A DNA stretch of 64,000 nt, taken from the human T2T-CHM13v2.0 reference genome, Homo sapiens. Under the pieces are notes generated by a model that made no database searches, was not told the DNA's origin, and saw only the letters and a list, made by a program, of their open reading frames with translations. The stretch lies in NCBI RefSeq assembly GCF_009914755.1, contig NC_060926.1; one strand, written 5' to 3'. Shown here piece by piece: positions 26,350 to 38,500 of this stretch; positions within the stretch are counted from its first letter, which is position 1, and every line of letters starts with the position of its first letter. The position numbers and the translations under genes were made by a program.

Positions 26350-27019
26350 GGAGGCAGAGAGAGAGGGAAAGGCAAAGAGAGGCAGAGAGAGAGGCAGGGG
26401 GGAAGGCAGAGAGAAGAGAGAGAGATGGAGAGACAGGCAGAGAGACAGAAAGAGGCAGAGAAACAGAGACAGAAAGAGGCAGAGAGACAGGCAGAGGCAG
26501 AGAGACAGAGAGAGACAGAGGCAGAGAGACAGAGACAGAGAGAGACAGAGAAAGACAGAGACAGAGAGAGGCAGGGAGACAGAGAGAGACAGAGAAAGAC
26601 AGAGACAGAGGCAGAGAGACAGAGACAGAGAGACAAAGAAAGACAGAGACAGAGAGAGGCAGAGAGACACAGAGACACAGAGAGAGGTAGAGAGACGGAG
26701 ACAGACAGAGAGACAGAGAGAGGCAGAGAGACAGAGATGGAGAGAGACAGAGAGAGGCAGAGAGACAGAGATGGAGAGAGACAGAGAGAGGCAGAGAGAC
26801 AGAGATGGAGAGAGACAGAGAGGCAGAGAAACAGACAGAGATAGAGGGAGACAGAGAGAGGCAGAGAGACAGAGAGAGGCAGAGAGACAGAGATGGGGAG
26901 AGACAGAGAAAGGCAGACAGAGACAGAGACCAAGACAGAGGGAGAGACATAGAGACAGAGAGAGAAAGACAGAGAGAAACACAGAGACAGAGAGAGAGAG
27001 ACGGAGACAGAAGAGAGAA
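26287..27019. repeat. ~730-bp purine-rich (GA/AGAGAC/AGAGGC)n tract at the start of intron 1
   Basis: Nearly T-free + strand; source of the low-complexity ORFs 26053-27316. Confidence 0.97.
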
Positions 27020-27915
27020 ATCTGGGAGTCGGGACACCTGAGTCCATTTCTGGTGGAGGCTCAGGCGACTCTCCGGATTTCTCCAGACCTCAGGAACCTG
27101 ATCCGGGTGACCTTCCTTGCCCATGACCTTCTTCACCTGTGTGAAGGTGGCTGGAAGCATTACTTGATATTTCTGGGCCTCAGTTTTTCTATCTGTCAAA
27201 AGAGGGGCTGGATCAGGGGGTTTCTAAGGACCTTCCATGATTCTAGGCCACAAGTAAAATCGCAGTGGAATCTAACACAAGATAGCGGACCACTGAGACC
27301 CGTTTCTACCGCATGAGGCTGCACGTGGGATGTGCACTGAATGGAGGGCTTTCTTCCTTAGAAGCCTCATGAGATTTTCTGGTGTGAAAAGCTTGATATT
27401 CTAAAGTCACTGTGGATTCTCTAATGCCTGGCTCTCGGGTGGTTTTCTGGGAGAGGTAGTAGAGTGTGGTTAGGGCTGCGGTGTGTCCCCAGAGGCGAAC
27501 TGGCCTGGGTTCTGAGTCCAGCTTGCCTGGGATGAGCTGCGTGACAGCTCACCTGCTCAGGGTCTCCATTTCCACCTGCAAATAGTAAGGTCAAGGGTGA
27601 TGAGGAGTACAGTCGATGAATCCAAGTAGTATCAAGCACTCAGGACTTAAGGTCACCCTCACACAGGGGAAGAAGGTCATGAGTGAGGAAGGTGGCCCAG
27701 ATCAGACACCTGAGTTCTGGAGAAATCAGGAAAGTTGCCTGAGGCTCCAACAGAAACAGACTCAGGTGTCCTGACTCCCAGATCTCTCTGTCTGTCTTTG
27801 TTTCTCTCTGTCTGCCTGTTTCTCTCTCTCTCTCTGTCTCTGTTTCTCTCTTTCTGTCTCTACTTCTCTCTATGTCTCTGTTTCTCCCTATCTCTGTTCC
27901 TCTCTCTGTCTCTCT
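27020..27915. repeat. Inverted duplication: 27020-27149 vs 27654-27783, extended by CT-rich 27784-27915 complementary to the GA tract
   Basis: Manual ungapped alignment, 110/130 identities. Confidence 0.9.
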
Positions 27916-28698
27916 TAAATCATGGCACACAGTTTGCTCTTGCTGTTTGAAGCTCCTTCTCTTTAATTGCATTCCCTTTTGGGGGCCTTTGCTCTTCTTA
28001 GAGCCCTTCAGGACTCCTCTACCCCCACCCACAACTCTGCTGTAAGATCTTTGTCAAGACCCTACATTGCCCTGAGTTCTCTCTTGTGTGAGCAGAGGCA
28101 GCCAAATGTCCAGACCTTCCTGGAACCTCCCAGCGCCGCATGGCTGCAGTGGGAGCTGCCGGCCCCCTTTCTGCACTCCATCCCACCTCCTGCACACTCA
28201 CCTCTTCCATGCCCATTTCATCAGCTCTGCCCTCCCAAGGCCAGTGGGCTTCCCGCCCAGCTGATCATTTGGTATTACCACATGCACAGACACGGGAGAG
28301 TGCCTTTCTTCTAACCTCATTTAGAAGTTTGTCCATTTGGATTGTATTTTGGTACTTGGTTACCCTAAAAGGCAAGAAGGAAGCTCGGCTGAATGTTTCA
28401 GGGCAGCTATCCTCTCTCCCGGGGTCTTCAGTTGGCCTGGGAGCCTCCTACCCGGCCCTGCTAGTAGGGGTTCCCTTCTACATCCCCACTCCCACCCCGA
28501 CCTCCAAAGCCTGTTTGACAATTAGAGCTGAGGGATCCAGAACATCCACGGACCCCGAGCCCCCCTCCCCTCCCCCTGGAGAGCAGAGTTGGCCTCTAGC
28601 AGCAACAGGACTGAAGCAGAGCAGACTCGGGTTGCTTTTTCATGTTTTCATTACGGCTTTCCATAGGGGAGACACTCGATCATGACAGTGTCTTTGCC

Positions 28699-28871
28699 CA
28701 GTGGTTCTCAAACTTGAGCCCGCATCAGAATCACTGGTGGGCTTATGAAAATGCAGAGGGCTGAATGTCTGATTCAGTAAGTCCTGGTTGGCGACCTGAG
28801 AATCTGCATTTCTAATAAGTGTCCAGGTGATGCTGACACCAGTGCTAGGGGACCACACTTTGAGAACCCTT
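28699..28871. mobile_element. MER5A
   Basis: cagtggttctcaaactt...gaccacactttgagaacc. Confidence 0.85.
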
Positions 28872-29202
28872 TCCTTAGGAGACGTGTCCAGGGCCAAGCC
28901 TGTGGGGGAGCTATCTCAGGACAAGGGCCTTTTGAGATGGTGCCTTCACATCTCCTGAGGGTCTTGTGAATATTTGGCTGAAGGCCTTGTGAATATGTGG
29001 CTGATTCTGATTCTCTTGGTCTGAATTTTTCATAAATGGTGTTTGTGCTGCCGGTCCATGGACCACACTTTGAGTAGAAAGGATTTAGAAAGTCTGGGAA
29101 GAGGTCTTCTTATTTGGGGGCAAGGAAGAAGTTAGTGTAAAGTTTTGGATGGATCCTAAATTTTCTAGAGCTAATATTCATGAGAATGTTTTCTTAAATG
29201 TC

Positions 29203-29865
29203 TGTGGTAGGCAGAATTCTAAGATGACTCTGGCTGATCCATGCCCTTGTATAATTCCCTCCTTGTGGGATGTGTGAATAGATGGAACATCACTACCATG
29301 ATTAAGTTACTTTATGTGACAAGGGTGAAGGAATTCTGTGGAAGTAATTTAGGTTCTCAATCAGTTGACTTGAAGTTAATAAAAAAGGTCACATGCTGGG
29401 TGGGCCTGACATAGTCAGGTGAGCTATTTAAAAGATTACATGTGCTGGGTGGGCCTGACATAACCAGGTGAGCTGTTTAAAAGAGGATCAGGAGGTCAGT
29501 GTCAAGTGGTCAGAGACTTAAAGCAGCAGCAGATGTTGTTTTTTTTCCATTGGCCTTGAAGAAACAAACTGCCCTGGTGTAGAGAGGACCTCAGGGCAGG
29601 AAACATGGGTGGCATGTAGGAGCCGAGAGTGGCCTTATCCAGGAAGAAATTGGGGGCTCAGTCCTGCAGTCATAATAGCCCTGTGGGCTTGGAACAGGAA
29701 CCTGTGCTCCAGGAAGGAGCACAGCCCAAACGATACCTTGATTTCAGTCTGGTGGGACCCTGAGCAGAGACATCTCACCTACAGCAATGTGAGCTAACCA
29801 ATGCGGTTGTTTTTAAGTGGCTGAGTCTGTGCTGGTGTGTTACACGGCAATAGAAAATGAATACA
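29203..29865 (+). mobile_element. MLT1E-like solo LTR with an internal ~49-bp duplication (29391-29484)
   Basis: tgtggtaggcagaattctaagatg...gcaatagaaaatgaataca. Confidence 0.8.
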
Positions 29866-31301
29866 AGGTCCTGATACTTCACTTTGATTGTGGTGCCTGC
29901 CCTCCAAGGTGTACTGTGGCAATGACCTCAGTAGCTTCATACAACATGAGCTGATTTCTTGCTCATGCTACAGCATCGTCATGGGTTAACTGCGTTGGAC
30001 TATGACGACTCATCAGAGCCACTCGGGGACCCAGGTCATTGTCAAAACAGAATTTACGGAGACCAGCAGTGGGACGCCCATTGTTTTGACACAAGTGCCG
30101 GAGGGTGGAGATTATTCCTATTTATCAGAAGCAGAAGCAGGCATAGCAGGAGCAAGTGAGTGGATTGATGGATGCAGGAGGACCTCAGCCTGCTGCCCAG
30201 ATGGCTTGACTGTGCCGTGCTGGCAGCATGGATGAACAAGGGCTCAGCCTGCACCATGCAGGAGAGAGCTGGCAAGAGAGCACCAGCTGTGAAATGCACA
30301 GGCCTGGAATCGGCACTTGTTTTTCTCAGTCACGTGCCCCGCCCGACTTCAAGGGTTCAGAGAAGTGAATATTGGTGAACATGAGTGTACCCACCATGTA
30401 GGGTTACCCAGTTAGCTCATTTGGGGTGGGAGGGAGGGACGCAGGATTTCAGCTCACCAAGCTTCACAGAGCTGCTCCCGCCACCAAGGAGCGAGCTGGC
30501 CAGGCATCTGACAGCTGAGAGGAGCTGGAGGGGCTAAGAATGCAAATGGAACACTTGCCCACAGACCCAGGGCAAGCCAGAGGTTTCCTCTGGGGCTTTT
30601 TGGGTCTGGTCTGTGGAAACCCAGCAAATCTGGGCTATCTTCAAGTTGAAGATCAGGTTTTCTTTTGCTGAGGGTGAGAGATTTTCCCACACAGTAGAGA
30701 TAAAAATCCCTGGGTGTTTTCAGTGTTTTTTTTTTTTTTTTTTTTTGGGGGGGAGAATGGCTGACTTCTTGTTACTTGGACACCCTGGACACAGGGCTTG
30801 GGACAATTGCCACCCTTGGTGCCCCTCAGAGGACAAGGTGGGCACATTTTCCAGAGAGTGGAAGATGATCTTTCAAAGCATACAAAGAAAATCCCATCTG
30901 TTTTGACATCTTAAAAACTTTGGAAGAAAATATTTCCAAAACATACATATGTATATATAGTAGTGAGTATATATATATGTGTATATATATACTGATTATA
31001 TGTATTATATACTCAGACCCAGTATATACACATATATAATATATACTGCTATAATATATATACTCACTACAAATTGACGCCAAAAAGATACCTTTAAAGC
31101 TTTGCCAGGAGGAATCTCATTTGGCTCTAAAGGCCCTTTCCCACTAGGGCAGGGGAATTAAGCCTGCTGCTACATGTATTGCTGTCTGAGTCGGCTCAAA
31201 TCTACCTCTCTTGCTTTCATTTTGTTTCTTTTGGGGAGATGTTCACTCTTCCAGTTTCTCACCAGCACCTTCTTCTAGCCAGGAAGAAGCCTGAGAAGAG
31301 G

Positions 31302-31316
31302 GGGACATTGTGTCCC
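31302..31316. promoter_or_regulatory. Palindromic GRE GGGACAttgTGTCCC (intron 1, ~2 kb upstream of exon 1b)
   Basis: Exact fit to RGNACAnnnTGTNCY; perfect inverted half-sites. Confidence 0.55.
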
Positions 31317-32685
31317 CAGGGAGTGGTGGGCAGCTGATCCACACGTGCTGACCTGGGGTAGGCACTGGCTTCTGTGGAGATGTCCCTGGACCTTCCTGGT
31401 CATGAGGTGTCCTGTGGAATCTACTGCTGGCGTCTGTGACTGGGAAAACCCGAGGTCTGGTGCCTCAGTTGTCAGAGCCAGTGCTCCATCCGAGGTCACC
31501 CCGCTGTGCCTCTCCCTGGCTCCACAGGTTCTCTGCATCTTGGCCATGACCTTGTTTCTTCTGTGGCTTAGACTGTCCAGGTGATACTCAAAATGTTTAG
31601 CAACCAGCAGGGCATGAGTACCAGCCCATCAGAAAAGATGCTACAGCACCTGTTGCTGCACCTGAAGAGCTCCGAGGAGCACCAGGAAAGCCAAGGGAGC
31701 AGAAGGTGGAGAGCTCAGGGCCTTGGGGAAGTGGTTATCTACCAAGAGGTGGGGCAGTCTTCCCCCACTTGGCCTCACTGCTCCTTACTCACTGAATATC
31801 CTGAAGCTGTGGCTACAGGTCATCTTGTCTTTCATCATGGCAGCCCCATCTCAGCCCAGATCTCAGTTTACCTTCCATTCTCTCCTGGGAGTGCAGGGGA
31901 AGGTCTGAATCTCTCCCATCAGTGAAGCACCCCTTTACCTAACAGCCACACCATTATTTCCATTCTTCTTTAGTGCCCCTTACTTCACCAAGGTGGGATT
32001 CCTCCAGAGATGCAACTTGGAAGCAGAGCAAAAATTCTTCTGCATCCAGCCCTCTCTCTTTTACCTCTTGTCCCTTTGCCTTCAGGTTTCAAACCCAGAA
32101 TAAGAAGCAGGACTGCCTGCCTGATTCCTCTTGTACCTTCCCTCCTTTAGCCCTGGAGCCCAAAGGGTCTTTTTCTTCTACTGACACTTCCTACCAGGAA
32201 GGAACTTCCCCTGCATCATATTCACTTCCTTTCCTCTTTCTGAGGAGGCCTTTGCTCTCTCCCTTTCCTGGGGCTGTAGTGGCAGAAGAATCCAGAATAT
32301 CAAGGAGGAAAACACATTGGGAGGTAATTGCAATATTACCTTCATTGCGTCTGTGTTGCATGTACTGTCCCATCCTAGAGAAAGAGGAGTTTGAACAAAA
32401 TTTAAACTGTTCTTTGTGATTCAAGGAAATCATTAGGAGCATCAATTGTTTTGTGCTTTAATGTCCTGATATACTCAGTAGGGCACAGTAACATGGAAGG
32501 GACTGCTGGTGTCTGCGCTTAAAATCCCGAAATGGCTGTGTGCTTTGGTTCTCGCACCTGCCTTAATGGTTTTCCTGTCTCCTCTGTTACTGGGCAATCA
32601 GCTGCCGCTTTTTTCAGTGTGTGTTTTCTTCTCCTAGCCTTCTCCCTCTTTCCAATTTGCCATCTGGAATCTGCTTTTGATTGAG

Positions 32686-33287
32686 CATTCTGTTCACCTG
32701 TTGTTGCATGAAAAACTATCCCAAAACTTAGTGGCTTAAAAATGACAACTATTTTATGATAACTCCTAGTTTCTGTATGTCACGAATTTGAGGGCTCAAC
32801 TAGGTGATTCTTCTGCTCCATGTGTCTGATTGAGTTCAAACAGTGGTGCTCAGCTGGTGAATGGACTCATCTGGAGGGTCCACGATGGCTTCACTTACAT
32901 GGCTGGTGCCTTTGCAGGGTTCCTGGGAGGCTGAGCATAGCTAGGATTGTCAACCAATGCCCTACATGTGGCCTCCCTAGCAAGGTGGTCTCAGGGCAGT
33001 TGGACTGTCTTCGTGGTGGCTGACTTTCCAAGGAAGCCAGGCAGAAGCAAGCACCCCTTGGAAACCAGGTGGAGGCTGCATGGATTTTTCTGATCTAGCT
33101 CAAGAGTTCACACAGCATCACTTCTGCTGCATTGTATTGGTTACACCAAGTTACAGGCCAGCCCACATTCAAGGGAGGTGAGTTAGACTCCACCTCTTGG
33201 TGGCAGAGTGGCACAGTCACATTCTAGAAGACCATGTGGGATGGGAGATACTGTTGTGGTCACCTCTGGAAAATACATTCTGCTACT
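32686..33287 (-). mobile_element. MLT1G/H-like solo LTR overlapping the start of exon 1b
   Basis: cccaaaacttagtggcttaaaa at one end; reverse complement of the other end reads gtagcagaatgtattttccagaggtgaccacaacagtatctcccatcccacatg. Confidence 0.8.
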
Positions 33288-33357
33288 CTTAAAAACTAGT
33301 GACGCTCATACAAATCAACAGAAAGAGCTTCTGAAGGAAGACTTTAAAGCTGCTTCT
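33266..33357 (+). other. IL1R2: IL1R2 alternative non-coding exon 1b (start approximate)
   Basis: Donor TCT|gtgagt at 33358; CTGGAAAATACATTC...GCTGCTTCT joined to GCCACGTG matches an IL1R2 cDNA 5' end as I recall it. Confidence 0.75.
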
Positions 33358-36300
33358 GTGAGTGAAATATGCTACATGCCTTTGTACCAGGATCTGATTG
33401 GCTGTCTTTCCCCTACTCAGATCTTCCTGTCCTTGTTTCTTCTGTCTTTGTCTTATTTTAGATGGGCAGGTTTTCTGGATGACTGATTACTCAAATATTT
33501 TAGGTGTTTCCCACACTCAGATTATAAGACAGAAAGCAAAATTTGTTTTAAGGGTGTATGTCTGTTAACAACCAACCGCTGCTCTAATGCCAGAGCTTCC
33601 AGTTACTAATTAACTTTATCCAGCAGGTAGCCCAGCAGAGCTGGAAGTCCAGTTCCCAGGAGACCTCAGAAGTCCCGAGTTGTGGCTCTGCCGTTGGTGG
33701 CCATGGGGACTTCGGCAAGAGAGTTGACTGAGTTCAGTGGTTGTCTGCTATGACTCGATGCTTTAGAAACTGAAGCTGTATCTAGGACTGAGGAGGCCTA
33801 AGCTCAAATCCAGATTGACTTAGAGTTCCAGGGTTTTAGACCTGCAAGAGACCTGGGAGGTCTCACCAGCCCAACCTCTGTATTTTAGAGGTGAAGAAAC
33901 TGTGACTCAGAGATTGAGCAAATGACTATGTGTTTGCCTAAGATCACATAGTTAGTTAATGGTAGAGTGAAGACAGGAACCCAGTTCCAACCTCCAGCTC
34001 CATATGCTGTCACTGAGATAAAAACCTTAGAATTCCTGGCAGCCTTGAAGATGTATACGTGTGTATGCATCTGTATGTATTTAGAATTGTGTGTTTATAT
34101 GTTAAGCACGCAACATTTATATTGTGTATTTTATAAAGTAAATATTTATAGAACACTTATATGTTCTATAATATGGATCTATGAATTTAGGCTTATGGAT
34201 TCCATTAGGTAAAGTTGTACATATTTTTAGTATAGTAACTGGTGTTAGCTAAGTTGCCAACTACAATACCGACGAGTTCTCAGGCTGGGCTGTGGAATGG
34301 TCGCTTAGCAGGAATTCGGCAGAATGCAGATGGTGGAAGGGCTGATTTCTCATCACGTCTTCCAACTGTGTCCTTGAGCAAGCTCCTTATCTCCCTGAGT
34401 ACCGGGCTCTGCTTCTGTAAAACACTGATGAGAGCTACTGCTTGTTGAACACTTTCTTTTTGCAGCACTGCTGAGCTCATTACATATGGTGTGACATCTA
34501 CTCCTCCTGTAGTGCACACCAGGGTATGCCCATTTCACAGATGAGGAGACTGAGCCTCACACAGGTAATGTAACCTGCCCACCACCCTGCTGCTGGCAGG
34601 AAGGAAGGCAGGATTCCCACTTCTCTGTCCAGGTACACTGTGCTCTTCTGTATACACTTTCTAACTCTCAAAGTTATTGGAAGGTGTAGACAGACTTCTT
34701 TGGAGCTTCCCCACAGGGTCGAATATGACTAATAAATGAAGTTAAGAGGGAGGAAATTTTGGGATCCAAAATGGCAGACATTTCTAATTATGGATACTTC
34801 CCAAGACTGGCAGTGTGCATCTCGTGATGGGGTAAGCTTGTCTTCTATAGAGGATGCTGGGTTTCAGAAGACTGTTTGGGTGGGCAGATAGACTTAATGG
34901 CTTCTGGAGGCCCCTCTAGCTCCAGGTGTTGATGCTTTTACAGAGCAGAGAACGAGTGCCAAAACCAAGGATTGTGTAGGCTTGGGTTTACATCCTATTT
35001 GTCATTCCTTAGCTCTGTGACCTTGGACAAGTGACTTAATGTACCCAAGTCTATTTCCATTGCTCCGTGTTTATAATGGGGATGCTGAGCTCTACCAGAC
35101 TCATGAGTTTTGTCCTCTGGAGTTGTTCAGGGTAGTGCATTCCTCTTACACAAATACCAGGCTGGGAGAATTTGAAGCCTGTGGGTTTGCCCTGCAGATG
35201 CCTAGGGCCTCACAGGTAGAGCTTCCTCATCAGTCATTTTGGAGGAGGATGGTAACTGTTCCAGGCTAGAGGAGTGGTCTTGCTGGGTGTCAGTCAGGGC
35301 AGGGTCTAATGCAGGAGGCAGGTGAAGCAAGTGTTTGTTGATGGTCCAGCCTGCTGGGGGCTTGGAATGACCCAGACTCACAGGGAATGGAATGTTGATA
35401 CAGGATTTGAATGAGCGAAAACATGAGTTGAGTTGGTTGACTGAACTTGACCAACTTCTGTCCCAAGAACCACTGACTAAGAGACACTTCAGTGGTGGTT
35501 TTAGCGAGAAGGGATGTTTGCTGGCAGACAGTATAAAGAGAGCGCCTATGCCTTGGTGGAACCATCTGTATCAGTTTCTGCCGATTTGCTCCTCTGAGAT
35601 TCAGCCCAATGTGGCCTAATGCCCTATTCTGCCAAAGATGGGTCTCCCTGCAACGTGGCCTCCAGGAAGTGATCTGTCTCACCAGACCCCACCAGGGATG
35701 GGAGGCTAGTGTCCAGGACATCGCCAGCTATCATTCTGACACAGCTATGCAGACCAGGAACAGTCTCAGCCTGCTGCTTGGAAGCTCATTCCTTGTCTAG
35801 CTTTTTTCTTTCCTATAGAACAAAAGCAGTTTCTGGACAACTCATCTAGGTTTTTGTTTTGAGCCAGCACATTTTTCAATAAAAGCTGACTGAAACCTGG
35901 TCATGTATTTCTCTGTATCTGAGTCTAGAAAGTCTTCCCTCTTAAAATTCTGTTATTTCCTAGGGCTTAGTTAAAAAATACATTCTATATTGTTTCACCT
36001 TTGAATTTATAAAAAATTTCCAGGTTAATTTTGATGTAAATATTTATTTCCTCATGGGTTTCAAAGAATTTATACGACATGCGTAAAACATGTTCGGGCT
36101 CCTAGGAATTCATTTTACACACTAGAAGTGACTCAGTGATAGGTGTAAAGCCTGATAGCTATGTGACTTCATTAACATTCAGCACCTGCCACCGTGTTTT
36201 TGTTCTTTGAATGACTGTGCCACCTGACTCAGAGATGAGACAGTTGCCTAAAAACTTCTGGGAACAAGGTAATGATAGAAATAGAGAAGAGTTTCATCTT

Positions 36301-36439
36301 CTAGGTGAATTCAGTCCAGATATATTCAAATATATTATCAAAAAAAATTGTTACTCCTTCTACATGCTGGAAAATTCCTTTCTGGAGCTATCGTTTACTT
36401 ACTAGTTTCTCAATCTGTTAAAAAAATGTATTCCTGCAT

Positions 36440-38500
36440 GTATTCTGAAGTATTCAGAGGTGAAGTTTGATGATGTCTGCAACTTTCAGGTGTTCCAGGA
36501 GAAAATATGTCTATGTCTATGTCTGTGTCTGTGTGTCTGTGTCTGTGTCTGTGTCTGTGTCTGTGTCTGTGTGTCTGTGTCTGCGGGTGTGTCTGTGTCT
36601 GTGTCTGTGTGTATGTCTAAGTCTAGGTCTAGGTCTGTGTCTGTGTCTATGTCTATGTCTATGTCTGTGACTTTGTCCCCTATCTGTGTCTGTGTCTATG
36701 TCTCTGTCTGTGTCTGTGTCTGTGTCTGTGTCTGTGTCCGTGTCTGTGTCTGTGTCTATGTGTAGGTCTAGGTCTAGGTCTGTGTCTATGTCTATGTGTA
36801 TGTCTAATCTAGGTCTCAGTTTATGTCTGCGTCTGTGTCTGTGTCTATGTCTGTATAAATGTCTATGTCTGTGTCTGTGTTGGTGTCTGTGTCTATGTCT
36901 ATGTCTAAGTCTAGGTCTAGGTCTGTGTCTAAGTCTATGTCTAGGTCTATGTCTATGTCTATGCCTATGCCTATGTCTATGTCTATGTCTATATCTATAT
37001 CTATATCTATATCTATATCTATATCTATATCTATATCTATATCTATATCTATATCTATGTTTATATCTATATCTATGTCTATATCTGTATCTATATCTAT
37101 GTCTATGTCTGTGTCTTTGTCCCTGTCTGTGTCTGTGTCTATGTCTGTGTCTAGGTCTAGGTCTGTGTCTGTGTCTGTGTCTCTGCCTGGGTCTATGTCT
37201 AGGTCTATGTCTACATGTATATCTCTGTCTGTGTCTGTGTCTGTGCCTATGTCTGTGTCTGTGTTTGTGTCTGTGTCTGTGTCGGTGTCTATGTCTATGT
37301 CTGTGTCTGTGTCTCTGTCTGTGTCTGTGTCTATGCCTATGTCTATATCTGTGTCTGTGTCTGGCTGTGGCTGTGTCCGTGTCTGTGTCTATGTCTGTGT
37401 CTATGTCTGTGTCTGTGTCTCTGTCTGTGTCTATGTCTGTGTCTGTGTCTCTGTCTGTGTCTATGTCTGTGTCTGTGTCTCTGTCTGTGTCTATGTCTAT
37501 GTCTATATCTGTGTCTGTGTCTGGCTGTGGCTGTGTCTGTGTCTGTGTCGGTGTCTGTGTCAGTGTCTAGGCCTATGTCTATGTCTGTGTCTTTGTCCCC
37601 TGTCTGTGTCCCATGTCTGTGTCTGTGTCTGGCTGTGGCTGTGTCTGTGTCTGTGTCGGTGTCTGTGTCAGTGTCTAGGCCTATGTCTATGTCTGTGTCT
37701 TTGTCCCCTGTCTGTGTCCCATGTCTGTGTCTGTGTCTGGCTGTGGCTGTGGCTGTGTCTGTGTCGGTGTCTAGGCCTATGTCTATGTCTGTGTCTTTGT
37801 CCCCTGTCTGTGTCCCATGTCTGTGTCTGTGTCTGGCTGTGGCTGTGGCTGTGTCTGTGTCGGTGTCTGTGTCGGTGTCTAGGCCTATGTCTATGTCTGT
37901 GTCTTTGTCCCCTGTCTGTGTCCCATGTCTGTGTCTGTGTCTGGCTGTGGCTGTGGCTGTGTCTGTGTCGGTGTCTGTGTCGGTGTCTAGGCCTATGTCT
38001 ATGTCTGTGTCTTTGTCCCCTGTCTGTGTCCCATGTCGGTGTCTGTGTCTGTGTCTAGGTCTATGTCTACGTGTATATCTCTCTGTGTCTGTGTCTGTGG
38101 CTGTGCCTGTGTCTGTGTCTGTGTCTGTGTCTGTGTCTGTGTCTGTGGCTGTGTCTGTGGCTGTGTCTGTGGTTGTGTTTGTGTCTGTGTCTGTGTCTCT
38201 GTCTGTGTCTATGTGTATGTCTAGGTCTAGGTCTAGGTCTGTGTCTGTGTCTGTGTCTAGGTCTAGGTCTTGGTCTCGGTCTGGGTCTATGTCTATGTCT
38301 ATGTCTATGTCTATGTCTATGTCTATGTCTATGTCTATGTCTATGTGCCTGTGTGTAAATAGAAAGAGAAGAAGAGGGAGAGTGAGAATAAAGCGAATGC
38401 AGCAAAATGTTAACAATGGCGAATCTACTGAAATATATACTTGCATTTGTCATACTATGCTTTCAACTTTTCAGTCTTTTTGTAATTTTTAAAAATTAAA
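36440..38500 (+). mobile_element. L1MC/ME-like 3'UTR remnant hosting the hexamer repeat
   Basis: gaagtattcagagg...gatgtctgcaact upstream and gcaaaatgttaacaatggcgaatct...ctttcaacttttc downstream. Confidence 0.6.
36506..38356. repeat. ~1.85-kb compound hexamer repeat (TGTCTG/TGTCTA/TATCTA/GGTCTA) containing a 5-copy ~108-bp higher-order repeat
   Basis: Marker CTAGGCCTATG at 37567, 37675, 37771, 37879, 37987. Confidence 0.97.

Noticed and set aside
26053-27316. Long ORFs of 186-369 aa (RE/RQ-rich on +, SL/CL-rich on -)
   Set aside because: They are translations of the GA-rich simple repeat, which lacks stop codons by composition; no domain or splice support.
34632-34646. GRE-like GGTACActgTGCTCT (also 27924 GGCACAgttTGCTCT)
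   Set aside because: Mismatch at a conserved half-site position; one-mismatch sites are expected by chance.
36460-38492. ORFs up to 425 aa (poly-CL, SV, DT, RH)
   Set aside because: Hexamer repeat artefacts open in several frames at once.
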